From Tubulanus polymorphus (lineage: Eukaryota; Animalia; Nemertea): 64,000 nt of DNA. Both the position numbers and the translations under genes were made by a program. The notes beneath the pieces were generated by a model. The model saw only the letters and a list, made by a program, of their open reading frames with translations. It made no database searches and had not been told where the DNA came from. The stretch lies in the NCBI RefSeq assembly GCF_964204645.1, contig NC_134030.1, forward strand, positions 18,064,210 to 18,128,209, given 5' to 3'. Below, in pieces: positions 28,228-40,316 of this stretch (position 1 is the stretch's first letter; the number at the start of each line of letters is the position of its first letter).

Positions 28228-29312
28228 CTGTAAAAATGAATTCAGTTTTAGAATTTTTCAATTGATTTAAGAAATTACGTTAAAATTGAATGATGAAAAA
28301 AAACCTGTCTGATCACATCACAACACATCGCAACAGAAAATACCAAGCAATTAGGAAGCTACAGGTCTCGGAATTTAGACCAAAAATATGTACAAAAAGG
28401 TCTCAGGACGGCCATCGTGAGACCGATCGACCCAATTTTAACTTTTTCTTATGCTGATGTGCGCTGTGGAGATATATACTTATAAAAGATAAAGGATATT
28501 GATTAAAGCCATTCCAATATTTGATGAATTTTCATTATAAGTAATTTGTTTATAATTAAGATTGAAATTATGTTATTTTCGTTTTTCAATTCTCATGTTA
28601 ATCAAATCATTGTAACCTTTAGAAAGTATCAAATCATCATTTCTTTCTTTAAAGGGAGTTTCAAGAATATTCATTATTTTTTCATCAATTACCTTCATAA
28701 TCCTAAACTGTATTGAATATTTTAGGATTTTTGGTGCCATTATGGAAAGTATCTATTAGTTCAGTAATTAAATATGTTTCATTTAATAGTATTTGATTAA
28801 TTACAGTAATATTATCTATATTATTTTGTCTTCCATTAACTAAATTTGTTGCTGAGATATATTTTTTAATGTTTAAAAGTGAAAATAATTCATTGGTTTC
28901 ATTTATTTCAATTTTATATTCAGTTTCTTATTCTTCTTTCTTCATCTATAACAAAACTTTTATTAAAAAAATTTTTTTAGATATTTTATATTTAAAGATA
29001 TAACTTATACAAATGTAAACATTCTATGTTATAAATCTATATTATTTTACTAACACTTTACTCACACTTATTCATATAAAAAAATTTGAGTAATTCACTG
29101 TTTTTTTTAGTGAAGGAATATAATTTTATAGTAAAAACATAGTAAATCTAAATTATTTTGCTAGCACTTTACTCACTCTTATCTATATATGAGGTCTTTA
29201 AGGTATTTAGGAGCCGCACCATGGATACACTTGAATACTTGTATAATGTTTTTAGTTAATAAATTTAACAACTAAAAACATAATATATCTATACCATATA
29301 TGAAATTATTAG

Positions 29313-29489
29313 AGTAATAGGGTTTTAGTTGTTTCATATCAGAGGTTGAAAGTTCGACGAAAGGTTCGGGATTTAAAAAATATGAGAATATAACTAATTG
29401 ATAATTAGTAATATTTTCATATTTTTAAAATTTTCGACCTTTCGTCGACCTTTCGACCTCTGATATGAAACAACTAAAACCCTATTACT
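29313..29489. repeat. 177-bp imperfect foldback palindrome
   Basis: AGTAATAGGGTTTTAGTTGTTTCATATCAGAGGT ... ACCTCTGATATGAAACAACTAAAACCCTATTACT, centre ~29401. Confidence 0.9.
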
Positions 29490-29542
29490 AATAAAGCATT
29501 AAACTCGAAGAAAGTTTATGGGCAAAATGTTTGGAAAAAGGC

Positions 29543-30488
29543 AAGATGCACGTAATTAGAATGGAACAGAGGCAAATTTGAAAGGCGTGCAATAATGTGG
29601 CGCTAATTAATTTTCGCGACTGAAAAATGAACAGTCGAGCAATTCATGCCTGAAATGTGGCTACAGAAACTGATCGTATGTTTACTAGATTTTGAGTAGG
29701 TGTCAGTCAAAAGTTCTCTAAATAGCATAAATATGTGTGAACTGGCTGCCTGTCAGCCATCTTGATTGTGAACAGGGACAATCCGAAATAACTGGATTCC
29801 AGGCGGTTGGACGGACAGACGAAAAGTGAACGTAATAGCCAGCTGGGCAAAAAAAAACAATCATACGCCACCTGGTGGATAGAATGTCTTGAAATAATTT
29901 TCCATCATTTTAGTTAAAGATTTGGAAATGGTTATTTTGCTAATGTGGCATTATTTGAGTAAACGCTATTTTGCCAATGGCTATTTATAATAAGATATAG
30001 TAATAAAATATAACGATAACATCATTATATTGGTTTTAGGGTCAGGGTTTCGATAGGGTTGGGGTCTAGAGGGTTAGGGTGAGGTTTAGGGTCCGTTTTT
30101 ACCCCTAGGGATAGGGTTAGGGTAAGGAAGGTGAGTCTATATCCAGTGAAAAATTACGGGTGGTTTTGAGTGAGCCCGGTGGTCTACTGGAAAGACGTTA
30201 GACTAGCAATCTGCTGGCCCGGATTCGAATCCCGCTCTATGTTGCTATTATCTTTAACTCTGTTCTCCACACTTTCCTTGAATTTTCTAAATCACGCACC
30301 TCTGTGCGCATGCGCGGCATCAATTAGCCAATCAGAACGCGCCATTGGCAAAATAGCGTTAACAGGAATAATGTCGCATTGGCAAAATATCCACAAAATA
30401 TATTAAAGTACATTAAAATAAACTTGCCAATGCAAAATAGAGCAATGTTTCAAATTCGCCTATGTTCCATCCTAATTACATACATCTT
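29543..30488. mobile_element. Nested non-autonomous inverted-repeat elements (outer ~40-bp IRs; inner IRs ~29933-29981/30341-30389 enclosing GGGTTA-like repeats and a tRNA-like segment)
   Basis: AAGATGCACGTAATTAGAATGGAACAGAGGCAAATTTGAAA versus its imperfect reverse complement at 30448-30488; CGCTATTTTGCCAATGGC / GCCATTGGCAAAATAGCG; A-box TGGTCTACTGG and B-box GATTCGAATCC at ~30179-30232. Confidence 0.55.
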
Positions 30489-30571
30489 TAGAGACATGGT
30501 CAAAGACTTCGGACCAGTCTTATGATTTAGGATTCAAGACTCAAGCACGACGAGTTAAAATCTATAATTAC

Positions 30572-30698
30572 CGAGATTCTCAGCAGGTCTGTCGATAGTT
30601 TGTTTATCTCCAAGGTAAACAACATTCATCGTATTATTGTCACCGATTTGAACCATTTTCGATTTATCTACATTTATTCCTGTATAACTCTGTGCCAT
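30572..30698 (-). CDS. NLR upstream coding exon C with canonical RHIM motif
   Basis: Acceptor CTGTTTTTCAG| (exon starts 30709), ATG at 30698, MAQSYTGINVDKSKMVQIGDNNTMNVVYLGDKQTIDRPAENL, phase-1 donor G|GTAATT matching the phase-1 acceptor of the NACHT exon. Confidence 0.75.
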
Positions 30699-31254
30699 AG
30701 TACCACAAACTGAAAAACAGGTTTAGAATTCAGTCATTTCATCTCAACAAGTGCAGCACATTTTTCCTGACCTAATTGTTTTGTTCAGTATTTACACAAT
30801 CAGCCTCTACTCATATTCAGACTGAAGTTTTCTTTGTTTCCGCTACTGATAAAGGATAATGGAATGTAGGAAAAAAATGGCCAGGAAAAAAAGGCCAAGG
30901 AAAATTAATGAGAACTACTGACAATGTTAATTAAGCTTTCAATTTAATCTCCATCACAAGTTCGCATTTTGAACGTTAGAATAATTTACTAATGTTCATC
31001 CGCGACTGAGATGGCCTCGATCTCCCGAGAGATTTCCGACGACGTTACAAAACACAGTTGAAATTGTTTATTAGGTTTTTATCGAGTGAAAAATGCATTC
31101 AGATAACGCGCCGGGGTCATCGACTGAGATATCAAATCACACGCCACAACAGGTCGCCATCCGCAAATGACTGACTTTCATTAGATGTTGCAACAACAAG
31201 ACATTAATTTATCTTCTAAAAATGCCTGAATACTGTCTTAATTTGCTGGATTAG

Positions 31255-31372
31255 TTTAAAGCCGGGCGTAGGTCGGCCTTGCGACGCGACGCGATCGTCG
31301 CGGGCGGTCGCAGTGAGTAGCGTCGCAGTGAGTCGCAAGCCGTCGCAAGGCCGACCTACGCCCGGCTTTAAA
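31255..31372. mobile_element. MITE with perfect 32-bp inverted termini
   Basis: TTTAAAGCCGGGCGTAGGTCGGCCTTGCGACG at 31255-31286 and its exact reverse complement at 31341-31372. Confidence 0.8.
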
Positions 31373-32347
31373 GAGGCGCACACTCGACAATCTGACATCG
31401 AAATGTAACCTGCATCGGTTTCTTTCAAGGATTTTATGTTGAGAAGCGAACAAGTGTAACATGTAAAACTTTCATTGATTAGACTAATGACATTTTAATA
31501 CCTGCGCTACACTTTATCTAGACTTTCTGACGAATTCACATGATGATGAATGTTTAATATAATTAGTGATAATAGGTTTTGAAGATAAAATGATAAGAAT
31601 TTAGTATATTAGAGCAGTTCAAAAGTCGAAATTTAGACACATCAGAAACAGCAATAAAGAAGCAGAAACACAGAAATCTTCTTGTGGTTAGTTTGTCGTA
31701 TAGCCATTTTACGTAGAAAAAAAACTGTGTCAGCAAAAGACAGACTTATGTTAGATATTGCAACGAGAAGACTTGTATCTAAAAATGCCTGAATACTTTC
31801 TTAATTTGCTGGACCAGCGACCAGCAATCGGGAGCTCATCTATAGACCAGTGGAATATCGCGAATTCGCGCTCGCGCATACATGGAACTAGCCAGCGATT
31901 TTTCCTTCGAGCTTTTTGAGCATTGAAATGAAACTGTTTTCCTCCCACAACCAAACCGAGGAAATTGTGAAGACAAAAAAGAATTCAAACGATATTTTCT
32001 CTAAAACGAGAACATATCACGTGGCACTTTGGATGCGTATTCTAAAATCGTACACATCGATGTAAGGGTAGGACTATTAGGTTTTAGGAGAGAAAGTCTT
32101 ATGTCTGAACTCAACTAACGCATGCTTAAAGATCGCGCTCATTTATCAAAAAATAATTTTCCATCGCTTGACGTAGCGGGGAATATTGCAACGTTTCTGC
32201 TACAATCGCCTATAGTCGACAGTACTGTAACGCGCTATTCTATATGATATTTGCCCTGTTTTGGACCTAAATCTACTCTACTGCCTTTATGTATTGTTAA
32301 ATCTTTGAAGTCTAGATTAATGTTCCCCTCGTTGTCTACTTTCGATG

Positions 32348-32417
32348 AGTAATTGGAAAAGTGGGCTTTCAGATCAGAGGGCGAGAGGGCAAGACACCAC
32401 TCATCACCACAAGTAAT
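32348..32417 (+). repeat. Polinton left TIR
   Basis: AGTAATTGGAAAAGTGGGCTTTCAGATCAGAGGGCGAGAGGGCAAGACACCACTCATCACCACAAGTAAT; reverse complement at 49145-49214. Confidence 0.95.
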
Positions 32418-32432
32418 TTTTTTCCCTAATAA

Positions 32433-35400
32433 ACGGGGGAGAATGAATACCAGCCAGAAAACAATAATGTTAATAAAAATCAATATTATTGCACATATTG
32501 TAAAAAATACGTCGATACATCTCATAAAACACGACATGAAAAAACTGCAAATCATATAAAAAATGTAATAGATTTTGAAACTCCAGAAAATTCCAATGAA
32601 AGAAAAGAAAGATTAGAAAATATGAATGTGGATGAAATAAAATGTGAAGTTTGTAATGAATTTATAGTAAAAAGGAATTATAATAGACATCTCGAATCAC
32701 AAAAACACAAACAAAATTTAAGTAATAATGTTTTAGGAAAAGATTATTTCGATGATTAACCTCAAAAAGTAATAAAACCAACTTCAAAAACTAAATCCAT
32801 TTCAAATAAACCTTACATGGAAAATGTTAGAAATTATATTGATTCACTAGAAATAAAAGATACAATTGAAATTTTAGAAACATTACATAGTAAAATTGGT
32901 CCTGCAGCTATTATATTTAGATTTTTTAAAGGTACAACAATAGGAGATTATAGTAAATTTAATGAAATAATAGAAAAAATACTAGATTTTATAACAGATG
33001 TTGAATATCCAAAAATTAGTATCTCTGGGAAAGTAAGTTTTATAAAGTCAGAAGAAAAAATTAATTATAATATTCAAACACACTCTGAAGAAATAATTTC
33101 AAAAACACAAATAAAAGAAAAGTTAGAAAAAATATTTAATGAATTTAAACGTCATATTGAAGAAAGATATTTTGAGGGTTCTGGCTTAACATTGAATGAA
33201 ATTATATATTTAGATTTAAATGTTTATAATACAAAAAGAAATAAAACATCAAAAAGTAATAAAATGTTTAAAAATGATTCAAACTTTACAACAGAAAAGG
33301 ATATTAAAGCATTATCTTATATTAAATTACCATTTACAACAAAAGCAGTAATAAATATTCAAAATGAAGATAATAAATGTTTTCTATGGTCAATTATTAG
33401 TTGCTTACATCCAACACAGGAAAATGTTTGTAGAATAACAGATTATCGGAAATATGAAACATTACATAAAATTGATCAATATCCAGTAACTATAAAAATG
33501 ATTTCTAAAATAGAAAAAGTTAATAATTTAAAAATAAATGTATTCGAATTAATGCAATTACCAAAGACAAAAGGTGAAAATATTAAAGATTATACATTGG
33601 AAGCTTTATATTTAACAGAATATTATGATGATGAAAATGCTATAGATTTGTTATATTACAAAGAAGATGAAAATGAACATTATATGTGGTTAAAACAAAT
33701 TGATTTATTCTTTAGAACAGAAAGTGATCATCATCATAAAAGTTATCTATATAGAAAATGTTTATCTAAATTTATGACTGAGAATACATTATTAAAACAT
33801 AAAGAATTATGTGATAATAAAGATTTTTGTAAATTAATAATGCCAACAGAAAAAGATTATAAATTGAAATTTACTAATCATAAATTTAAGAATATTGTTC
33901 CATTTGTAATTTATGGGGATTTTGAATCGTTGAATAAAGAATTAACTGATCAAGATAGAAAAGAAATATATAACAAAAAGCAATTATTAAAATCAATGGA
34001 TAAAGGAAATGAATTAAATGAAGACACAATACAAGACCCACCAATTATAAATACAATTAAAAAAGTTCATCAAAGAGCTGCTGCTTATGGAATTTATATA
34101 AAATCAAAATATCCTGAATTATATGAAAGTCAATATATTTCTTTTAGAGGTGAAGATGTAGTTAATGATTTTTGTAACAAAATGATTGAATTAGGAAGTG
34201 ATTTTGCAAAATTATTAAACAAAAATAAAAGAATAGTTATGACAAAAGAAGATGAAATTGATTTTAATTATGCAACTCATTGATGTTATTGTGAAAAACG
34301 TTTTTATTCATTTGATAAAAAAGTTAGAGATCATGCTCATTTAAATTCAAAATATCGTGGAGCTGCTCATGAAGATTGCAATTTACAAGCTAAGAAAGTT
34401 AATTTCGTACCAATATTATTTCATAATTTATCAGGCTATGATACCCATCTATTTATAAAACAATTATCGGGAAAATTGGGCGCAATTAATCAAGAAATAG
34501 AAGAATATAATGCTATGAATGGTGTAAATGTAAGAAAATATGATTTTAAACTATTAGCTAAAACATCTGAAAATTATATTTCATTTCAATTTGGTTGCAT
34601 TAGATTTTTAGATTCTTATAGATTTCTAGCAAGTTCATTAGATAATTTATCAAAAAGTTTAGTTGATAATGATTTTGTTATAACTCGATATTATTATCCA
34701 AATGACCAAGATTTTAAATTATTGAGATACAAAGGTGCAATTCCTTATTCATTTTATAAAACACACAATGATTTTAATGTAACAGAATTATAAAAAGATC
34801 AATTTTATGATCAATTAAAAGAGGAGTATGTGAAAGACGAAGTGTTTAATAGAACATTAAATATTTGGAACCATTTTAAGATGAAAAATCATGGTGAATT
34901 AGTTGATTTATATTTAAAATCAGATGTTATGATATTGGCTGACATATTTGAAAAATTTAGAGAAGTTAATTTGAATCATTTTAATGTTGATCCTTGTTAT
35001 TGCTACTCTAGTCCTGGTTTTACCTGGCAATGTGGTTTAAAATATACAAATGTAGAATTAGATTTATTAAAAGAACCAGATATGGTTTTATTATTTGAAA
35101 AATCAATTAGAGGTGGAATTAGTGGTGTTATGGGAGATAGGTATTTTAAAGCAAATGATGAATATAAATTATTATATATTGACGCCAATAATTTATATGG
35201 TTGGGCAATGATGCAACCTCAACCATATAAAAATTTTATATTAACAGAAGTTGAAAATGATGATAAAACTAATTGGGAAAGCGCAATTATGTGTTTAGAA
35301 GATGAAGCAGCAATTGGTTATTTCTTTGTAGTTGATTTAGAATATCCTGAAAATATAAAGTTTAAAACAAGAAACTTACCTTATTGCCCAGAACATTTAA

Positions 35401-37583
35401 CCGTAGATGATAGTTATTTAAGTGAATACCAGAAGAAAATAAAACCGAAAGATCATGTTTTTACAGAAAAATTAATACTTACTCTAAATAATAAATACAA
35501 TTATATTGTTCATTATAGAATGTTAAGATTTTATCTAAAACAAGGAATGAAATTAAAGAAAGTACATAGATATATTGAATTTAATCAATCGAAGTGGTTA
35601 GAAAAATATATAGATTTCAATACTCAACAGAGAACCATATCAAAAACAGATTTTGAAAAAGATTTCTTCAAATTAATGAATAATAGTTTTTATGGTAAAA
35701 CATGTGAAAATATTAGAAATAGAAATGATATTGAATTAGTAAATAATTCTGAAAGATTAAGACATTTACAATCAAGTCCTAGACATTTAGGAAATAAAAG
35801 ATTTGAAGATTATTTAACAGCAGTTAAATTAAAAAGAACGTCAATGAAATTTAATAAACCTATATTCATTGGTTCAACTGTTTTAGAAGTATCAAAATTA
35901 TTAATGTATGATTTTTATTATAATGTTTTACAACCACTTTTTGGGGAAAAGCATATTGAAATATTATGTTTTGATTCTGTAACAGCTGACACCCCAATAT
36001 TGTTAAAATGTAATGATAAAATATTGATAAGAAGAATTTCATAAATAATTCAAAAACAAAATGAATGTTATATTTCATATGGTGAAAAAGAATTAATACA
36101 AATAAATGGATTAATGGATGGTTGGACAAGAAATGGATGGAAAAAATTAAAGAATATTATCTGACATAAAACAAATAAGAAAATCTATAGAGTTAGAACT
36201 AAATTAGGGTTTGTAGATGTTACAGAAAATCATAGTTTAATTAAACGAAATGGCGAAGAAATAAAACCAACTGATATAAAAATTGGAGATGAATTATAAC
36301 ATAAAAGATTTTTCCAAAGAATGAATCATATGTCATTTGATGAAATAATTGACAATATTTATAACATAGAACCCGAAACTTTTGAAGAAAAAGAATATTT
36401 TATCAAAGGATTTTTCATGGGAGATGGTTCAGCAGGTGTGTATAATTATGTTTGGGGTAATAAATATTGCTGGTATTTATGCAATCAAGACTTAAAATTA
36501 TAAGAAAGAATTAAGAAATTCTGTGAAGAAGTTTATTCACATAAAACATTCAAAATCATAGATGTTATGAAATCATCAGCAGTTTATAGAATACTTGTAA
36601 ATAATCCTAAAGATTTTGCTATAAAATATAATTATGAATTCATGCAATAGTGAAAAGTAATACTTCAACAAAAGAAAAGATAGTACCAGATTATGTATTA
36701 AATGCAAAAAAATAATTTAAGAAAGTGGTTCTTCATTGGATTCTATGCCGCAGATGGCACTAAAAAAATTACAAAGGATAAAAAGATAACATTTGCACAG
36801 AAAGGAAAAGTTGCTATATCAGGATTAAATATATTAAGCAGTTCATTAGGATTTAATATGAATATAGAATTAAATAAATCTAAACCAAATTGTTTTAATT
36901 TAAGGCATGTAGAAAAAGAATTAACAGAAGAAGTTAAAGATTTATTTGAAATATATAACCCATCAGATTATGTTTATGATTTATCAACTGAAGATGGAAC
37001 ATTCAATTCTGGGTTCCCATTAATCCAAAAAAATACTGACAGTTACATACTAAAAATCAAGACAAATGACATAAAAAAAGACTTAAAAACATTAAAACAT
37101 CATTTTGATTATCCCAAAGATCATGCACTATTTAGCAATGATAATAAAAAGATTCCTGGTAAATTTAAAGATGAATTAGGGGGTGATGAAATGATTGAAT
37201 TTGTTGGGATAAGAAGTAAAATGTATAGTTATAGAACAAAAGATCATGAAGCTAAAAAGTTAAAAGGAATAACAAAACATGTGGTTGATAAACATATAGA
37301 ATTTCAAGATTGTAATTCAATTGTAATGAAACATAAAATGAATTGTTTAAGATCAGAAGATCACGAGATGTACATTAATGAAGTTGAAAAAACTAGTTTG
37401 AATCCATTTGATGATAAAAGGCATATTTTAGATGATGGTATAAAAACATTACCTTATGGTTATCAAAACATACAATCAATATCATCATACTCGAATTCAC
37501 TATTGGCTTCTTCATTTTTATTTAATTGTTCTTGTATAATTTGTTTAGGTTCTTCTTCCATTTCATTTATCTCATTTAAATAA
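32433..37583 (+). pseudogene. pPolB: Protein-primed family B DNA polymerase with N-terminal C2H2 fingers, vOTU-like protease region, EndoVII insertion and intein; multiple premature stops
   Basis: ORFs 32817, 34476, 34830, 36321 and 36702 share one frame. Motifs NEDNKCFLW..HY, YGDFES (ExoI), VRDHAHL..YRGAAHEDCNL (EndoVII), FHNLSGYD (ExoII), FLDSYRF, YLKSDV (ExoIII), SIRGG, YIDANNLYG, KLMNNSFYGK, D/TDS, GKFKDE, RSKMY, KLKGI. Inferred start is a mutated ACG at 32433. Confidence 0.93.
35976..37034 (+). mobile_element. Intein with LAGLIDADG homing endonuclease in pPolB motif C (decayed)
   Basis: ILCFD|SVTADTPILL (block A); VDVTENHSL (block B TxxH); GFFMGDGS and GFYAADG (LAGLIDADG helices); YVYDLSTEDGTF (block F); IQKN|TDS (block G, +1 Thr). 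Removing it restores D-TDS. Confidence 0.92.
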
Positions 37584-38800
37584 AGTTCTTTCTTGTTCCA
37601 CATTTCATCTCGCTCTCTTTGTTTCTTTTTGTTTGTTAATTCGTCAAATGGAATTATAATATCGATGTTTAAATAATTTACAATCTTATTTAAAAAGAAT
37701 TCATAATTAATTGAATCTGTTATTCTATTTTCCAAATAATACATTAATATTTGTTTAAATATTTTTTTTATATTTTCCATATCTTCTTCTGTTAATTTAG
37801 GTTTTTCATAATAATCGTTAAATAATAAATATAAATACATTTTCTTTTGTTTTTGTTAAATGTTGACGGAATAATTGTTTTTATAATATCTTTTTTAGTT
37901 ATTTCACCATTTTTATTTTCTATTATTTTCATTTTTTCAAGCCATTGCATATATTCTGGTGTATGATCTTCTATAGAAAATATTTTAAAAATTTCATCTA
38001 GATAATTTAATTTTGGTTCTATGAGAAAATTTCTAGTTTTTTCTTCACCCCATGAATTCTTTTGCCATCCACAATCCACAATCAACACAAAATAACACAG
38101 TACCTTCTTGTCTTAAGGTCGCGTAATTACATTGTGGACATTTTCGTTTATAATTTATTGGTAATAGATCTTCATTAAGCTCTTGGTATTTTCTTACATT
38201 TTCTTTATGTTTTATTGTTCTATTATGTAGATTTGAATTACTTGTTGTAATAATCAATTTACAATATTTACAATAATATGTTTTTCTTGTTAATTCATTA
38301 TATTGTTTTTCTAACTTTTCAACTGTTTCTTTATTATCTGGTAACGTTTTCTCATATTTTATTTTTTCTAATAAATTATTTTTTCTTTCATTGAATTCAG
38401 TTTCAAATTTATTAGAAATATTATCTATATGTACTTTACGAAATTGATGATTCTCCCAATCTTCTATATTTTCAGGGCTATATTTTATTCGACAAGGCTC
38501 ACAGAAATGATCTTTTATATTATCCTTATCATAGAATAAGAAAGGTCTTTTCCAAATAATTTCAGGTTCAACTTCAACAGAATTACTATTACTTTCGTTA
38601 CTATCAACATTAGCCGTTGCGCCATTAATTTTACACTTCTCTGAATGTTTTTTAACATAATTTCTTGAGAATAATTTATTACATTTTGGACAGTTTAGTT
38701 TAGGGGGTTTATAATTTTCATCATGTTTTTTCATATGTCGAGCCATATTACTTTTTCTTAGAAGTTCACCACAAATTTCACATGCTATCTTCTCATCCAT
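37463..38800 (-). pseudogene. Polinton multi-C2H2 zinc-finger protein, split by frameshifts into ORFs 38045-38800, 37792-38088 and 37463-37840
   Basis: CEICG..RHMKKH, CPKC..KH..KC, CEPC..H...H, CKYC..H....H, CPQC..CVDC. A CCACAAT duplication at ~38069-38082 coincides with a frame change. Confidence 0.75.
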
Positions 38801-38858
38801 TTATTAGGGAAAAAAATTGCCTGTGGTGATGAGTGGTAATTTTTTTATGTTATAAATA
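38801..38858. promoter_or_regulatory. Putative bidirectional Polinton promoter containing the TIR-shared CCACTCATCACCAC motif
   Basis: The motif also occurs at ~32397-32417, 48851-48871 and 49145-49165. T-run/TAAATG-type starts face both directions. Confidence 0.6.
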
Positions 38859-39960
38859 ATGGTAGAATTAAAAGAATACAGAATATTTGTTGATTCTAGA
38901 AGACTTACAAATTATAAATCTCATAATTTACTAGTACAATTAGATAGAGAATTTAAGAATTGTGTAGATTTAAAATTAGTTAATATAAGTGTATGTAACT
39001 CATTTTACAATAAATCGGATAAAAGTTTTGAACATAGAGGGTTTATGATTTATATGAGAAATAAAGATAAATGGTTTCATATATTTTTAAAACCAGGATT
39101 ATATAATTTAGAATCATTAGCGCAGGAAATTAATAGAAGAGCTCGGTTGAAAATCGGGGGCATTTCTGTATTTGAAATTAAATTTAATAAAATTGATAGT
39201 ACTAATAAAATAAGAATAAAGATATCTAATGAACAACATAAATTTATGGTAAACAAACCACTGGCTAAAATGTTAGGAATTAAACCGCTTACAGTTACTG
39301 GAAACGCAGAAGGCAGCTCAAATATAATACCTTTTACACACTTTTATATTTTTTTTTGATCATAGATTGTTTATGATTCATGATAAAAATATGGATAAAT
39401 GGTATCATCTATTTCTAAGACCAGGATTATATAATTTAGAAACATTATCTCAAGAAATTAATAGAAGAGCTCGGTTAAAAGTGGGTGAATCTGTTGGGTT
39501 TAACATTAAATTTAATAAAATTGATAGTACTAATGAAATAAGAATAAAGTTAACTAATGAACAATATAAATTCATAGTAAGAAAACCATTAGCTTAAATG
39601 CTAGGAGTTAATCCAAATAAAGTTTATTCAAATGTTGATACTACGCCAAATATAATACCTTTTACGCACTTCTATATTTATTGTAATTTAATTGATCCTA
39701 CAAAAACATTCGAAGCAACTAAAGATACAATTTGTAATTCTGGTTTATTAAATATTTTACCATTAAAAAATGTCAAACAATTTGGAACTCAAATAAATTA
39801 TAATTTAACTGAATGTGATTTCAAACCTTGTATTCCACATTTCAATAATTTTGAATTAGAAATAAGAAATCATAATGGTTATTTAATTGATTTGAATAAC
39901 TTTCCTGTAATTTATGAATTAGTTATAAGATGTAGAGTAATTTTTTCACTATATAAATGA
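38859..39960 (+). pseudogene. Minor capsid protein (penton-like) with duplicated internal module
   Basis: N-terminal IFVDSR...L...NSFYN and C-terminal YIYCNLI...LLNILP...FELEIRNHNGYLIDLNN fit Polinton/PLV single-jelly-roll penton patterns; frameshift at ~39359 and stop at 39595-39597. Confidence 0.65.
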
Positions 39961-40316
39961 ATATAACTGTTGGACCGAGTATATGTTTTGGATTTGATTT
40001 TAAAGGTGAGAAAGAAATGAAATTTAACATTAATGATGTAATTACACATATCAAAAATATTGCATTTTCTAATGAAACAACATTTGAGTATGAAAAAACA
40101 ATAGATAAAGAAACTTTAAATGTAGAAAAGATAACTAATTTAATTAGAGAATCTTTAAGATTTTATGAATTAGATGAAGATTTTATAATCGATGATATTA
40201 AAAACATATTAACGGAAATATATGATAATCATAAAAGTAGTAATGAAATAAATGTTGAATTAATCATCACTAAGATAACTAAATATTTTGAAGATAGTAA
40301 TTTTTTTGATAAATGA
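39957..40316 (+). CDS. Polinton hypothetical protein (acidic)
   Basis: Intact ORF preceded by TAATTTTTT..TAAATG. Confidence 0.6.
   Translation: MNITVGPSICFGFDFKGEKEMKFNINDVITHIKNIAFSNETTFEYEKTIDKETLNVEKITNLIRESLRFYELDEDFIIDDIKNILTEIYDNHKSSNEINVELIITKITKYFEDSNFFDK

Noticed and set aside
28228-28261. ORF-track N-terminus MKNSKTEFIFT of the NLR
   Set aside because: TTG start lies in the polypyrimidine tract and acceptor of an intron.
30172-30236. Functional tRNA gene
   Set aside because: A/B boxes present but acceptor and anticodon stems pair poorly; embedded in a repeat.
32235-32559. ORFs 32235..32555(-) and 32353..32559(+), and similarly 48774..49103(+)
   Set aside because: They cross TIR or non-coding terminal sequence, or overlap the true pPolB N-terminus in another frame.
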